Below, in pieces: positions 49,331 to 60,393 of a DNA stretch of 64,000 nt. The stretch comes from Bacilli bacterium (GTDB lineage Bacteria > Bacillota_I > Bacilli_A > RF39 > UBA660). The notes beneath the pieces were generated by a model. It made no database searches. It was given only the letters and a program-made list of their open reading frames with translations, and was not told the origin of the DNA. Both the position numbers and the translations under genes were made by a program. The stretch covers positions 15,232 to 79,231 of the forward strand of contig JAFWMN010000008.1 in assembly GCA_017513865.1 (NCBI GenBank), written 5' to 3'. Numbering within the stretch: position 1 is the first letter of the stretch; the number at the start of each line of letters is the position of its first letter.

Positions 49331-50607
49331 TGAGTGATAAATATTTAACTATAAGTGCGATTACGCGTTATTTAAAATCAAGATTTGATAGTGATGAAAA
49401 TTTACAAACTGTTTTTTTAAAAGGGGAAATATCTAATTTTAAGTCTCATACTTCAGGTCATTTCTATTTTTCTTTAAAAGATGAAAACAGTAAAATTAAC
49501 GCAATTATGTTTAGAGGAAGTGCCTCTAAAATTTTATTTAAGCCAGCTGATGGAATGAAAGTTTTAGTTACTGGCCGAATTAGTGTGTACGAGGCAACTG
49601 GTAATTATCAAATTTATGTAGATGAAATGCTAGAGGATGGTATTGGTAATTTATATATTGCTTTTGAAGAACTTAAGAAAAAGCTTTCCAGCGAAGGTTT
49701 GTTTGATGAGGCTAAAAAGAAAAAAATACCTAAGATTCCTAAAAGAGTAGGAATTATAACAGCGCCTACAGGAGCGGCTGTCAGAGATATAATTACAACT
49801 ATTAAAAGACGTTTTCCAAGCACAGAAACTATTTTATTTCCAACTTTAGTTCAAGGAGAAAATGCGAAAGAGAGTATTGCTAATAATATTAGAAAAGCTA
49901 ATGAATATGATATTGATGTTCTTATTGTTGGTCGTGGCGGTGGTTCGATTGAAGATTTATGGGCTTTTAATGAAGAGGTTGTGGCTCGAGCTATTTATGA
50001 ATCTTCTATACCTATAATAAGTGCGGTTGGTCATGAAGTAGATTTTACGATTGCTGATTTTGTGGCTGATTTAAGAGCTCCAACCCCAACTGCGGCAGCT
50101 GAACTTGCTGTTCCTAATGTTATGGATTTAAAGAGTCACATTAATAATTTAGTTATAAGACTTAATGAGAATATTATTAAAAAAGTAAATTATCAAAAAT
50201 TATATTTAGATTCAATAAAAAATTCTTTTGTTATTAAAAATCCAATGATAATGTTTGATAATAAAAAACAAAAATTAGATTTAATTAATAGTAAGATTAA
50301 TGATTTGTTAATTAAAAACCTTGATGATAAAAAAGAAAGGTTAAATTTACTTAAAAAAAGTTATATCTTAATGAATCCTGAATTGATATATAAGGATAAA
50401 AGGAATGTAATTAAAAATGTAATTGAAAAATTAGAACTATTAAATCCTTTAAATGTTTTAGCTAGAGGATATAGTATTACTTATTTAAATGATAAATCTT
50501 TGAAGAGTATAAACTATGTTAAAAAGGATGATACGGTTTTGATAAAAGTAACCGATGGAAATATAAAAGCAAAAGTTTTGGAGATAAAGGAGGAAACGCA
50601 TGGCTAA
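49330..50607 (+). CDS. xseA: Exodeoxyribonuclease VII large subunit
   Basis: GEISNF, SGHFYFSLKD, RGGGSIEDL, GHEVD, APTPTAAAE. Confidence 0.96.
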   Translation: MSDKYLTISAITRYLKSRFDSDENLQTVFLKGEISNFKSHTSGHFYFSLKDENSKINAIMFRGSASKILFKPADGMKVLVTGRISVYEATGNYQIYVDEMLEDGIGNLYIAFEELKKKLSSEGLFDEAKKKKIPKIPKRVGIITAPTGAAVRDIITTIKRRFPSTETILFPTLVQGENAKESIANNIRKANEYDIDVLIVGRGGGSIEDLWAFNEEVVARAIYESSIPIISAVGHEVDFTIADFVADLRAPTPTAAAELAVPNVMDLKSHINNLVIRLNENIIKKVNYQKLYLDSIKNSFVIKNPMIMFDNKKQKLDLINSKINDLLIKNLDDKKERLNLLKKSYILMNPELIYKDKRNVIKNVIEKLELLNPLNVLARGYSITYLNDKSLKSINYVKKDDTVLIKVTDGNIKAKVLEIKEETHG

Positions 50608-50830
50608 AAGTGAAAAAAAATTTGAAGATAAACTTTCAGATTTAGAAGAAATTGTTGCTACTTTAGAAAGTGGTGATGTTCCACTTGATGAATCTATTAA
50701 GAAATATACAGAAGCAATGAAACTTGTTAAAGAATGTGATGAAGAACTTAAAACGGTTGAGGATAAAGTAAATAAGATTGTTTCTGAGGATGGCAATTTA
50801 AAAGATTTTGATGTTTCAGAAGTAAAGTGA
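50600..50830 (+). CDS. xseB: Exodeoxyribonuclease VII small subunit
   Basis: FE..L..LEEIV..LESGDVPLDES. Confidence 0.94.
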   Translation: MAKSEKKFEDKLSDLEEIVATLESGDVPLDESIKKYTEAMKLVKECDEELKTVEDKVNKIVSEDGNLKDFDVSEVK

Positions 50831-50892
50831 TGTAAACACTTTATTTTTTTATTTTATTATTAATTCTTGGTATACTAATTATAGGTGATATT

Positions 50893-51360
50893 ATGAAAAA
50901 TAAAGGCTTTACTTTAATAGAATTACTTGGAGTGATCGTTGTTTTAACAATTATTTCTTTAATAACGATACCAATAATAGATGTTGCTTTAAATAAAGGT
51001 AAGGACGGTCTTTCGGAAACGCAAAAAAACCAAGTTATAAAGGGGTTAAAGGATTATTATATAAGTAATCCTGATGCTTTAAACAGTATAATGTTAAATG
51101 AAACAAAATGTGTTTCTGTTAGTTTTTTACAAGAAAATGGTTATTTACCTAGTAGTATAGTTGATCCAAAAACAGGTAATGGAATCCTTGAAGTATGTAT
51201 TCATAAAATGTGTACTCATCAAACTTTTACAACGAAAAATGGCGATGTCGTTTGTGAGGTTAGTGATATTAGTTTATTAAAAGACGGTGATTTAAGTAAG
51301 TATAATGAAAATCCTGTTCATTGGAAATATCAATATAGTGTTAATACAAATGATGACTAA
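50893..51360 (+). CDS. Type IV pilin-like protein
   Basis: MKNKG/FTLIELLGVIVVL. Confidence 0.85.
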   Translation: MKNKGFTLIELLGVIVVLTIISLITIPIIDVALNKGKDGLSETQKNQVIKGLKDYYISNPDALNSIMLNETKCVSVSFLQENGYLPSSIVDPKTGNGILEVCIHKMCTHQTFTTKNGDVVCEVSDISLLKDGDLSKYNENPVHWKYQYSVNTNDD

Positions 51361-51371
51361 AGAGGGGTAAT

Positions 51372-52178
51372 ATGCAAAAAAGGTTTAAAGTTTTTCATTT
51401 AATTATCTTTTTTATAATAATTTTATTATCAATTATTTTGTTTTATTTAATAATTAAATTTTTACATGAAAAAAAGACATATGAACCTTATAAAAAAATA
51501 CAAAAATCTCAAGCTAATGTTGTAATAAATGGTGATTATTTGACCTATGTTACTTTAGGTGAAAAATATATCGAGCCAGGAGCAACGGTTTATCTAAATG
51601 GTAAAAAAACATCAAATAAAGTTATAACTACATATTATGATAATGGTGAGCAAGTATTTAGCATTGATACTAAGTATGATGGTGATTATTTAGTTGAGTA
51701 TAGATATGGTAAAAATATTGCAACTCGTGCAGTTATAGTGTGTGATCGAAAAATCCCAGAATTTAATAGTGTTGAAACTAAAACAATTACGGATTTAGAA
51801 ACTGTAATATATGATGTTAATGAAGGAGTTACAGCTTATGATAATTCTGGAAAAGTCGATGTTTTATGTGATAATTCTTTAGGTTCTCTTCCTGGTAATT
51901 ATGTAATTTCTTGTAAAGCTGTCGATGTGTTTAAAAATATTAATACCAAAAAAAGGTTAATTAAAGTAATTCCTGGAATTAAATTTAATTATAGGGATAA
52001 CTTAGAAATTACTTTCCCTAAAGGCGAGAATTATATATATAAATATAGTTTAGATAGTGGGAAAACTTTTATAGATTGTAATCAAACTACAAAAATAGAT
52101 GTTAATGAAGGAAGTGTTATTGCCGCAGTTTATTTAAATGGTGAACTATTAATGTCTAATACTTATTATATAAATTAA
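51372..52178 (+). CDS. Membrane-anchored Ig-like (DUF5011-type) domain protein
   Basis: TM helix, LGEKYIEPGA, GDYLVEY, GVTAYDN, PGNYVI. Confidence 0.65.
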   Translation: MQKRFKVFHLIIFFIIILLSIILFYLIIKFLHEKKTYEPYKKIQKSQANVVINGDYLTYVTLGEKYIEPGATVYLNGKKTSNKVITTYYDNGEQVFSIDTKYDGDYLVEYRYGKNIATRAVIVCDRKIPEFNSVETKTITDLETVIYDVNEGVTAYDNSGKVDVLCDNSLGSLPGNYVISCKAVDVFKNINTKKRLIKVIPGIKFNYRDNLEITFPKGENYIYKYSLDSGKTFIDCNQTTKIDVNEGSVIAAVYLNGELLMSNTYYIN

Positions 52179-52201
52179 AAAAACCTCAATTTGAGGTTTT
52201 T
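52177..52201. terminator. Bidirectional terminator between convergent genes
   Basis: AAAAAACCTCAA-T-TTGAGGTTTTT. Confidence 0.7.
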
Positions 52202-52817
52202 ATATTTTTCTATATAAACCTATGGCTTTTCCTAAAATAACGACATTATCTAAAATAATAGGGTCCATTGTATCATTTTCGGGTTGAAGGCGAAAATGAT
52301 TTTTTTCTTTATAAAATGTTTTTAATGTTACTTCGTTGTCATCGGTCATTGCAACAACTATTTCACCATTTCTAGCATTGCTTTTTCTTTCAACAATAAC
52401 TATGTCACCATCTAATATTCCAGCATTTATCATACTTAATCCTTCCACTTTTAAAGTGAAAACTTCTTTTCCTTTTGGAAGTAAATAACTAGGTAAGGCA
52501 AAATATTCATCTGGCATTTCAATAGCTTCGATAGGAGATCCAGCAGTAATTTTACCTAATAACGGTACTTCGGCAACTAATTCATTTTCGGGTTGAAATT
52601 CATTTTTTACTAGAAGTTCAATAGCTCTATTTTTTGATCCTTCTTTTTTTATGAAACCTTTACTTTCAAGATTTGAAAGATGAGCGTGGATAGTTGCTGG
52701 TGATGAAATGTTTAGGGCTTTACCAATTTCCCTTACAGTTGGTGGATATCCATGTGAAACAATATAGCTCTTGACAAAGTTTAAAACGTCATTTTGTCTT
52801 CGCGTTAATTTTTCCAT
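52200..52817 (-). CDS. lexA: SOS repressor LexA
   Basis: GYPPTVREIG HTH, AG cleavage site, SM catalytic Ser, TLK, LQPEN. Confidence 0.96.
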   Translation of the reverse strand: MEKLTRRQNDVLNFVKSYIVSHGYPPTVREIGKALNISSPATIHAHLSNLESKGFIKKEGSKNRAIELLVKNEFQPENELVAEVPLLGKITAGSPIEAIEMPDEYFALPSYLLPKGKEVFTLKVEGLSMINAGILDGDIVIVERKSNARNGEIVVAMTDDNEVTLKTFYKEKNHFRLQPENDTMDPIILDNVVILGKAIGLYRKI

Positions 52818-52870
52818 TTTTCCCTCCTTAAATATTCTGTACACATTTTAACACATTTTTTAAAAAAAGT

Positions 52871-52922
52871 CAAACATTTGTTTGAAAAAGGTATTGACAC
52901 GAAAATATGTTCGTGTTAAACT
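52871..52922 (+). promoter_or_regulatory. Two LexA boxes plus divergent sigmaA promoter
   Basis: CAAACATTTGTTTG (52871..52884); CGAAAATATGTTCG (52900..52913) between TTGACA (52894) and TG-n-TAAACT (52917). Confidence 0.75.
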
Positions 52923-52944
52923 TTGATTGTAAGGAGGGAAGATT

Positions 52945-53082
52945 ATGGAAATGTTAAGAAGCAAATCTATTATCGCATTGACTATTATGATATTGGGGGT
53001 GAGTTATTTAACGGCTATTAATAATGTTAATGCTAGTCATAGTGCTCCCCAAACCCAAGAAATTATCTCGGAACGTGCTTAA
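52945..53082 (+). CDS. Small membrane peptide divergent from lexA (45 aa, YneA/SosA position, not in ORF track)
   Basis: AAGGAGG RBS; MEMLRSKSIIALTIMILGVSYLTAINNVNASHSAPQTQEIISERA; one TM helix. Confidence 0.75.
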   Translation: MEMLRSKSIIALTIMILGVSYLTAINNVNASHSAPQTQEIISERA

Positions 53083-53155
53083 TTTAAAAATATATGCATA
53101 TAATTAGCTTGTAATTAGTACTATTTTTTAGTAAAATATTTTTAGGAGGTTATTT

Positions 53156-53371
53156 ATGGCATTATTTTTAGATATATTAAAAGTATTAATTGGTTTAGTA
53201 GTTGGAGTTATTGTTGGTTTTTTAATAGCTAGAAAGCTTACTAAAAAGCAATTAAAAGAGAATCCACCTATTAATGAAAAAATGATTAAGGCAATGATGG
53301 CTGGAATGGGTAGGACCCCTAGTCAAAAACAGGTTAATCAAATGATGAAATCAATGCAGAAATATATGTAG
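53156..53371 (+). CDS. yneF: YneF family protein (UPF0154)
   Basis: GFLIARK...[26 protein letters not shown]. Confidence 0.92.
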   Translation: MALFLDILKVLIGLVVGVIVGFLIARKLTKKQLKENPPINEKMIKAMMAGMGRTPSQKQVNQMMKSMQKYM

Positions 53372-53401
53372 CATTGATTTTTTTCTTGACTTAAATTTTA
53401 A

Positions 53402-54901
<1,500 letters not shown>

Positions 54902-55012
54902 TTTATCACCTTATTAAAAAAATATGAAGAATTTGTAAATTTTAGAACATATTATTGTTGCTTAAATAAATAGTTTATGTTATACTGATTTTGTATAGTA
55001 AGGGGTGATGAT

Positions 55013-56059
55013 GTGGATAGTAAAAATAAATTTTTTCCATTTGATCATAAGCCAAGTAAAAATTTATCTGACTATATTTTAGATGATATAAATGAAGAAG
55101 AAATAGTAGATGATTTATCTTTTAATACAAAAGATAGTCAGACGTTTTCTTCTCAAGATATTAAAATTTGTACTGACCCTTCTAGCGATTTTTTTATGAG
55201 TTCGGAGCTTGAAAGTTCTAGTGTAGCACCGGATAACATATTGAGTGATACAGGTATTGATGGTTTTGATACTGGTGTTTCAAAAATTGATGCAGATTTA
55301 AGTGATGCTTTTATTGGAATAAATAGTACTTTACCAAAAAAAGAAATTGAAGTTTTGTCTTTAGATGAAGCTAAAGTGACTCATAATAGTTTAAAACATA
55401 ATGAAAAAATTAATGGTAAAAGACATATTAAACATTCTAGAGAAACCACTAATAAATATGTTGTTGCCCTTGTTGTAGTTGGAGCTTTATTAATGGTTTG
55501 GTATACCTCATTTATTCAATCAGTAGCTTCAAACAATGTTCAAAAGCAATTAAGTGATAATACGTTAAATCCTAGTAATAATAACAACAATAATAACAAT
55601 GGTAATAATAATGGTAAAAATAATCGTTCAAATGGTGGTAGTTCAAGATATGATAAGCAACCAAAAGAAAGTGATAATGGATCTTGGGATATAAGGTTTA
55701 CAGATATGTATGAAAAGAGTAAAATTGGAAATGCACGAGAAATAACGCCACCTACATATACTTCAACAAAAGTTCTTTTTAATGTAACGCTTTCAGAACC
55801 TGGAGACCAAATAACTTATAATTTAACTATTAAGAATTGTGGAACTTTAAATGCTAAAGTGTCTAGTATTTATGTACTCCCAGAAAACAACGATGATGAT
55901 GTTATATTATTCTATGTAAGTGGTCTTGAAGTCGGAGATTTTTTGGATGCTGGCAAATCAGCTACTTTAAATGTAACGGCAAAATATAATGAATATGTTG
56001 CTGGATTACCAAATATTGTAAAAAGCGTTTCAGTTATTGTCAATTATATTCAACGTTAA
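55013..56059 (+). CDS. Membrane protein: acidic N-terminus, TM, poly-Asn linker, C-terminal Ig-like domain related to paralogs A/B
   Basis: WDIRF...LSEPGDQITYNLTIKNCGTLNAKVSSI resembles WCIGF...FYQPGDKIEYTLTIANKGSI.AVIESI. Confidence 0.7.
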   Translation: MDSKNKFFPFDHKPSKNLSDYILDDINEEEIVDDLSFNTKDSQTFSSQDIKICTDPSSDFFMSSELESSSVAPDNILSDTGIDGFDTGVSKIDADLSDAFIGINSTLPKKEIEVLSLDEAKVTHNSLKHNEKINGKRHIKHSRETTNKYVVALVVVGALLMVWYTSFIQSVASNNVQKQLSDNTLNPSNNNNNNNNGNNNGKNNRSNGGSSRYDKQPKESDNGSWDIRFTDMYEKSKIGNAREITPPTYTSTKVLFNVTLSEPGDQITYNLTIKNCGTLNAKVSSIYVLPENNDDDVILFYVSGLEVGDFLDAGKSATLNVTAKYNEYVAGLPNIVKSVSVIVNYIQR

Positions 56060-57371
56060 GCAAATATTTATTATTTGCTTTTTTTATTTCTTTTTTTATT
56101 TCTTTTGCTTGGTGCAAAGTAACAAATATGATATTTAAGCTTACAGCTATTATGAGACTCCACATTTTAATATGTAATAGTGAGAAAAGAAATAAGCTTA
56201 ATACTCTAATGATGGTGCCTCCGATAGTTCCGTTCATGGCTTCTTTGGCTTTTCCCATAGCTTGGAGAGTAGCTGTTAGTGGGGATTGGATATAATGGAG
56301 TAAAGCAATTGGTGCTAAAACCTTTAAATAATCTATTCCTTCAACAGTATTATATATTAATTTCATTGGTAGTTTTGGTATTATTTCAAATATTATTGTT
56401 GCTGGAATTCCAATTAATAAAGATAAAAAAATTGCTTGATTTATTTTATGTTTTATATATGAATATTTTTTTTCTACATAAGCTTTACTAATACTAGGAA
56501 TTAAGGCTTCGGAAATAGCTAGTGTAAAAAATGAGGGTAAAAGAATTAGTGGCATAATATATCCACTAATTAAGCCATATTCATTTATGATAAATTTATG
56601 GGAATATCCAATTTTTGTTAAAGAGAACGTTATGATTATTGGTTCTAAAAAAAATCCTACTGATCCAATTATTCTACTTGCAGTGGTTGGAAGACCTATA
56701 GAAAAAACATCTTTTATATTTTTTTTGTTTGGTTTTATATCATTTTTAGTTATTTTAAAATTTTTAGGGATGAAAAAGAATAGTATTATGATTGATGTAA
56801 GTTCACTAATAATATTTACTAAAATGACATATGCAGCAGCAAATTCTAGGCCTTTTTTTATAAATATGGGAACGCCTACGATAATAAAAATTAATCTTAC
56901 TAAATCTTCAGTTATATTTGAAAGGACATGGGGAATCATTTTTTGCTTACCAAAAAAATATCCTCTTAAAATGCTTGAGATACTTATGAAAGGTAAGACA
57001 AAACCAATGCTTATAAGACCGTAATAGCACCTTTTTTCATTTAATAAATTTATACTTATGTATTTAGATGTTATTAATAGAAAAAGAATAATAATCATAT
57101 TTAATAGCAAAGATATTGGAATTACTGAAAAAACTAAATTTTTATTATTTTTTGTTTCTTCGGCAACTAATTTGCTTATGGCAACAGGTAAGCCTAAACT
57201 AGCTATAGCCATTAATAAATTGAAGGTTGGTGATATTAACATATATATTCCCATTCCTTCGGTTTTTAAGAGCCTAGCTAATACTATTTTGATGAACAGG
57301 CTAATTATTTTTGTTATAAATCCGCCTATAGTAAGGATAACAACAGATTTTACGAATTTACTTTTCTTCAT
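56040..57371 (-). CDS. spoVB: Stage V sporulation protein B (lipid II flippase)
   Basis: EGMGIY, GLPVAISKLVAE, RGYFFG, FLEPII, LQAMGKAK; divergent from comN as in Bacillus. Confidence 0.85.
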   Translation of the reverse strand: MKKSKFVKSVVILTIGGFITKIISLFIKIVLARLLKTEGMGIYMLISPTFNLLMAIASLGLPVAISKLVAEETKNNKNLVFSVIPISLLLNMIIILFLLITSKYISINLLNEKRCYYGLISIGFVLPFISISSILRGYFFGKQKMIPHVLSNITEDLVRLIFIIVGVPIFIKKGLEFAAAYVILVNIISELTSIIILFFFIPKNFKITKNDIKPNKKNIKDVFSIGLPTTASRIIGSVGFFLEPIIITFSLTKIGYSHKFIINEYGLISGYIMPLILLPSFFTLAISEALIPSISKAYVEKKYSYIKHKINQAIFLSLLIGIPATIIFEIIPKLPMKLIYNTVEGIDYLKVLAPIALLHYIQSPLTATLQAMGKAKEAMNGTIGGTIIRVLSLFLFSLLHIKMWSLIIAVSLNIIFVTLHQAKEIKKEIKKANNKYLLNVEYN

Positions 57372-57477
57372 ATTAGATTTTATGTGTTTTACATAGTTTT
57401 ATTATAAAGCCTAGTTATTTACTTTAAAAAGTGTTAAAATTAATATATAATAATTATATAAAAGATGGAGGGATAAT

Positions 57478-57753
57478 ATGGAACTTGAATTTTCTTCAGT
57501 TGAGGAACTTTATAATAGACTTAAACCGGCTTTGAGAACAAAACTTTCGGAACTTTCAGAGTATGGTTATGGATATTTAAAGATTGAAGATATTTGGAAT
57601 TATTTAAAAGAAAATAAATGGATTAGCGGCCATGATTTATCTTTAAATGATATGGTTAGTGATATATTAAATGCAGATAATGAAATGATTGATGATTATT
57701 TTAAAGAAAAAATAAATGAAAAAAACAGAAAAATTTATTTCGATGAATTTTAA
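57478..57753 (+). CDS. comN: ComN-like post-transcriptional regulator
   Basis: LKPALRTKLSE...GY...EDIWNYL...W...L..MVSDIL; synteny with spoVB. Confidence 0.75.
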   Translation: MELEFSSVEELYNRLKPALRTKLSELSEYGYGYLKIEDIWNYLKENKWISGHDLSLNDMVSDILNADNEMIDDYFKEKINEKNRKIYFDEF

Positions 57754-57781
57754 TAATTATTTGAGCAAGAAGGTGTTCTAA

Positions 57782-59947
57782 ATGCGTAAACATATGAAAG
57801 ATTTAACATTCGATGAACTTAATGAAAAAATTCAGACCTATATTACTGATAAAGAGGAGTTATCTATTGTAAAAGATGCTTATGAGTTTGCGAATGAAAA
57901 ACATTTTGGTCAAAAAAGATTATCGGGTGAAGATTATATTGTTCACCCTTTAAATGTAGCTTATATTTTAACACGCATTAAAGCTGATTTTGAAACTTTG
58001 TCAGCGGCTTTGCTTCATGATGTTGTTGAGGATTGTAATGTTAAAATTGATGAAATTAAAAAACAGTTTGGTCCTAGTATTGCTTTTTTAGTAGATGGGG
58101 TTACTAAAATTAGTAAACTTAATTTTTCTAGAGATAATGAATCTACTATTAATAATCAAAGAAAGATACTTGTCGGTCTTTCAGAAGACGTAAGAGTTAT
58201 TATTATTAAACTTGCTGACAGACTTAATAATATGCAGACTCTTTATGTTCATAGTGAAGCAAAACAAAAAAGAATTGCTAGAGAAACTTTAGATATATTG
58301 ACACCTATTGCAGGAAGACTTGGTATTAATAGTATAAAACAGGATTTAGAAGAACTTTGTTTAAGATATTTAAAACCTGATGAGTATTATGACATTGTCG
58401 AAAAATTAAATGCTAGTAAAACTGAACGAGATAATAGTGTGGCGCAAATGATTGAAAGTGTTTCGGATTTATTAAATACTCATGGTATTAAGCATAAAAT
58501 TAAAGGAAGATCAAAAAGTATCTATAGTATTTATAAAAAACTAGCTAAAGGTAAAAGGTTTAGTGATATTTATGATTTGCTTGCGCTTAGAATTTATGTG
58601 GAAACGGAACAAGAATGTTATCAAGTTTTGGGAATAATTCATTCTAAATATAGACCAAAGCCAAAAAGGTTTAAAGATTATATCGCAATGCCTAAAACAA
58701 ATATGTATCAGTCGCTTCATACGACCGTTTTTGGTGTAGATGGTTTATTATTTGAAATTCAAATTAGAACTTTTGAAATGGATAGAGTTGCTGAATATGG
58801 TATTGCTTCTCATTGGTCTTATAAGGAAAAAGGGTCTATTAAAACGGTTATGCAAAATGAAATGGAACAAAAATTGCAATTTTTTAGATCAATTATGGAT
58901 CTGAAAAATACTGAAGAAACGGCAGAAGAGTTTGTCAATTCTGTTAAAGAAGATGTCTTGCAAAACACGATTTATATATTTACACCTTTGGGGGATGTTG
59001 TCGAGCTTCCTAATGGGTCAACTCCAATTGATTTTGCTTATAAGGTTCATACTGATGTCGGAAATAAAACAACAGGAGCTTTGGTAAATTCACATATTGT
59101 TCCTTTGGATTATAAATTAGAAAATGAAGATGTTGTTAAAATTATTACTAATAACAATTCAGAAGGTCCTTCTAGGGAGTGGCTTAATTTTGTTCAAACG
59201 ACACAAGCTAAAAATAAAATAAAAAATTTTTTTAATCAAACTAATAGAGAAGAATATTTAAGAAAAGGTGAGGAACTTCTTTCTAGGGAACTTAAAAAAA
59301 GGAAAATAAATTCAAATGATTTTTTTGATGATGAAAGTATTAATAGAGTAGTTACTGATTTAAAAGTTGGCTCTTTAAGGGAAATTTATTTTAATTTAGG
59401 TAGTGGCAAATTGTCTGCTTCTACAGTAATAAATTCATATTTACCAAAAGAAGAGAATAAAGAATCACTTATTTTAGAAAAAGCTACTAAAGGTAGTAAT
59501 AGAGTATCTGATAATAAATCACTTATATCTATTGATGGGACAGATGATATTAAAGTTAATTTAGCTTCGTGTTGTAAACCAATTCCCGGTGATAGAATTG
59601 TCGGTTATATCACCAAAGGATATGGAATAACTGTTCATAGAATGGTTTGTCCAAATGTTGCTGATTTAGATGAAAGATTAATCGAAGTTAAATGGAATGA
59701 AGTTTATGATAAACTTCCAACAACGATTATGATTCGAGTTAACAGTTCTAAAAATTTACTTATTGATGTTGTTTCTAAAGTGACAAATCAAGAAATTCCT
59801 GTTAAGAGATTTAGTATAACGCATATTAAAGATGAAGATATGATTAAAATGACAATTTTGGTTAATAATAAAGAAAAGCTTTTAAAAATTATGAATGACA
59901 TAAAAATGCTTGATGGTGTATTAGAAGTAGTGAGGGTTATAAATTGA
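57782..59947 (+). CDS. relA: Bifunctional (p)ppGpp synthetase/hydrolase Rel
   Basis: LLHDVVED, KLADRL, GRSKSIYSI, YQSLHT, EIQIRT; TGS, CC and ACT domains. Confidence 0.96.
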   Translation: MRKHMKDLTFDELNEKIQTYITDKEELSIVKDAYEFANEKHFGQKRLSGEDYIVHPLNVAYILTRIKADFETLSAALLHDVVEDCNVKIDEIKKQFGPSIAFLVDGVTKISKLNFSRDNESTINNQRKILVGLSEDVRVIIIKLADRLNNMQTLYVHSEAKQKRIARETLDILTPIAGRLGINSIKQDLEELCLRYLKPDEYYDIVEKLNASKTERDNSVAQMIESVSDLLNTHGIKHKIKGRSKSIYSIYKKLAKGKRFSDIYDLLALRIYVETEQECYQVLGIIHSKYRPKPKRFKDYIAMPKTNMYQSLHTTVFGVDGLLFEIQIRTFEMDRVAEYGIASHWSYKEKGSIKTVMQNEMEQKLQFFRSIMDLKNTEETAEEFVNSVKEDVLQNTIYIFTPLGDVVELPNGSTPIDFAYKVHTDVGNKTTGALVNSHIVPLDYKLENEDVVKIITNNNSEGPSREWLNFVQTTQAKNKIKNFFNQTNREEYLRKGEELLSRELKKRKINSNDFFDDESINRVVTDLKVGSLREIYFNLGSGKLSASTVINSYLPKEENKESLILEKATKGSNRVSDNKSLISIDGTDDIKVNLASCCKPIPGDRIVGYITKGYGITVHRMVCPNVADLDERLIEVKWNEVYDKLPTTIMIRVNSSKNLLIDVVSKVTNQEIPVKRFSITHIKDEDMIKMTILVNNKEKLLKIMNDIKMLDGVLEVVRVIN

Positions 59948-60393
59948 GAGTTTTAGTTCAAAGAAGTTTAGATTCTAGTGTTAGTATAGATAGTAAAATA
60001 GTTGGTAAAATAAAAAGAGGATTAGTTTTGTTGGTTGGCTTTACTTATGGTGATTCCTTCAAAGAAATAGATTATTTAATAAATAAAATTATAAATTTAA
60101 GAATTTTTGATGATGATAATGGTGTTATGAATAAATCTATTTTAGAAGTTGGTGGTGAAATTTTAAGCATATCCCAATTTACTTTGTATGCTGATACAAA
60201 AAAAGGTAATAGACCTAGTTATATTAAAGCTTTAAAGCCAGAAGAAGCTACTAAGCTTTATGATTTGTTTAATAAAGAATTAAGCAAATATTTACATGTC
60301 GAAACTGGTGAATTTGGAGCTGATATGTTGGTTAATATAAAAAATAGTGGACCAACAACTATATTGTTAGAGAAGGAGGGTAATAATGATTAA
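59944..60393 (+). CDS. dtd: D-aminoacyl-tRNA deacylase
   Basis: SQFTL, KGNRPS, FGADM, NSGP. Confidence 0.95.
   Translation: MRVLVQRSLDSSVSIDSKIVGKIKRGLVLLVGFTYGDSFKEIDYLINKIINLRIFDDDNGVMNKSILEVGGEILSISQFTLYADTKKGNRPSYIKALKPEEATKLYDLFNKELSKYLHVETGEFGADMLVNIKNSGPTTILLEKEGNND

Noticed and set aside
55577-55624. AAY-rich run as the DGR template repeat
   Set aside because: It is a simple in-frame poly-Asn linker without the Cys/Trp scaffold of the candidate variable regions, and no RT is nearby.
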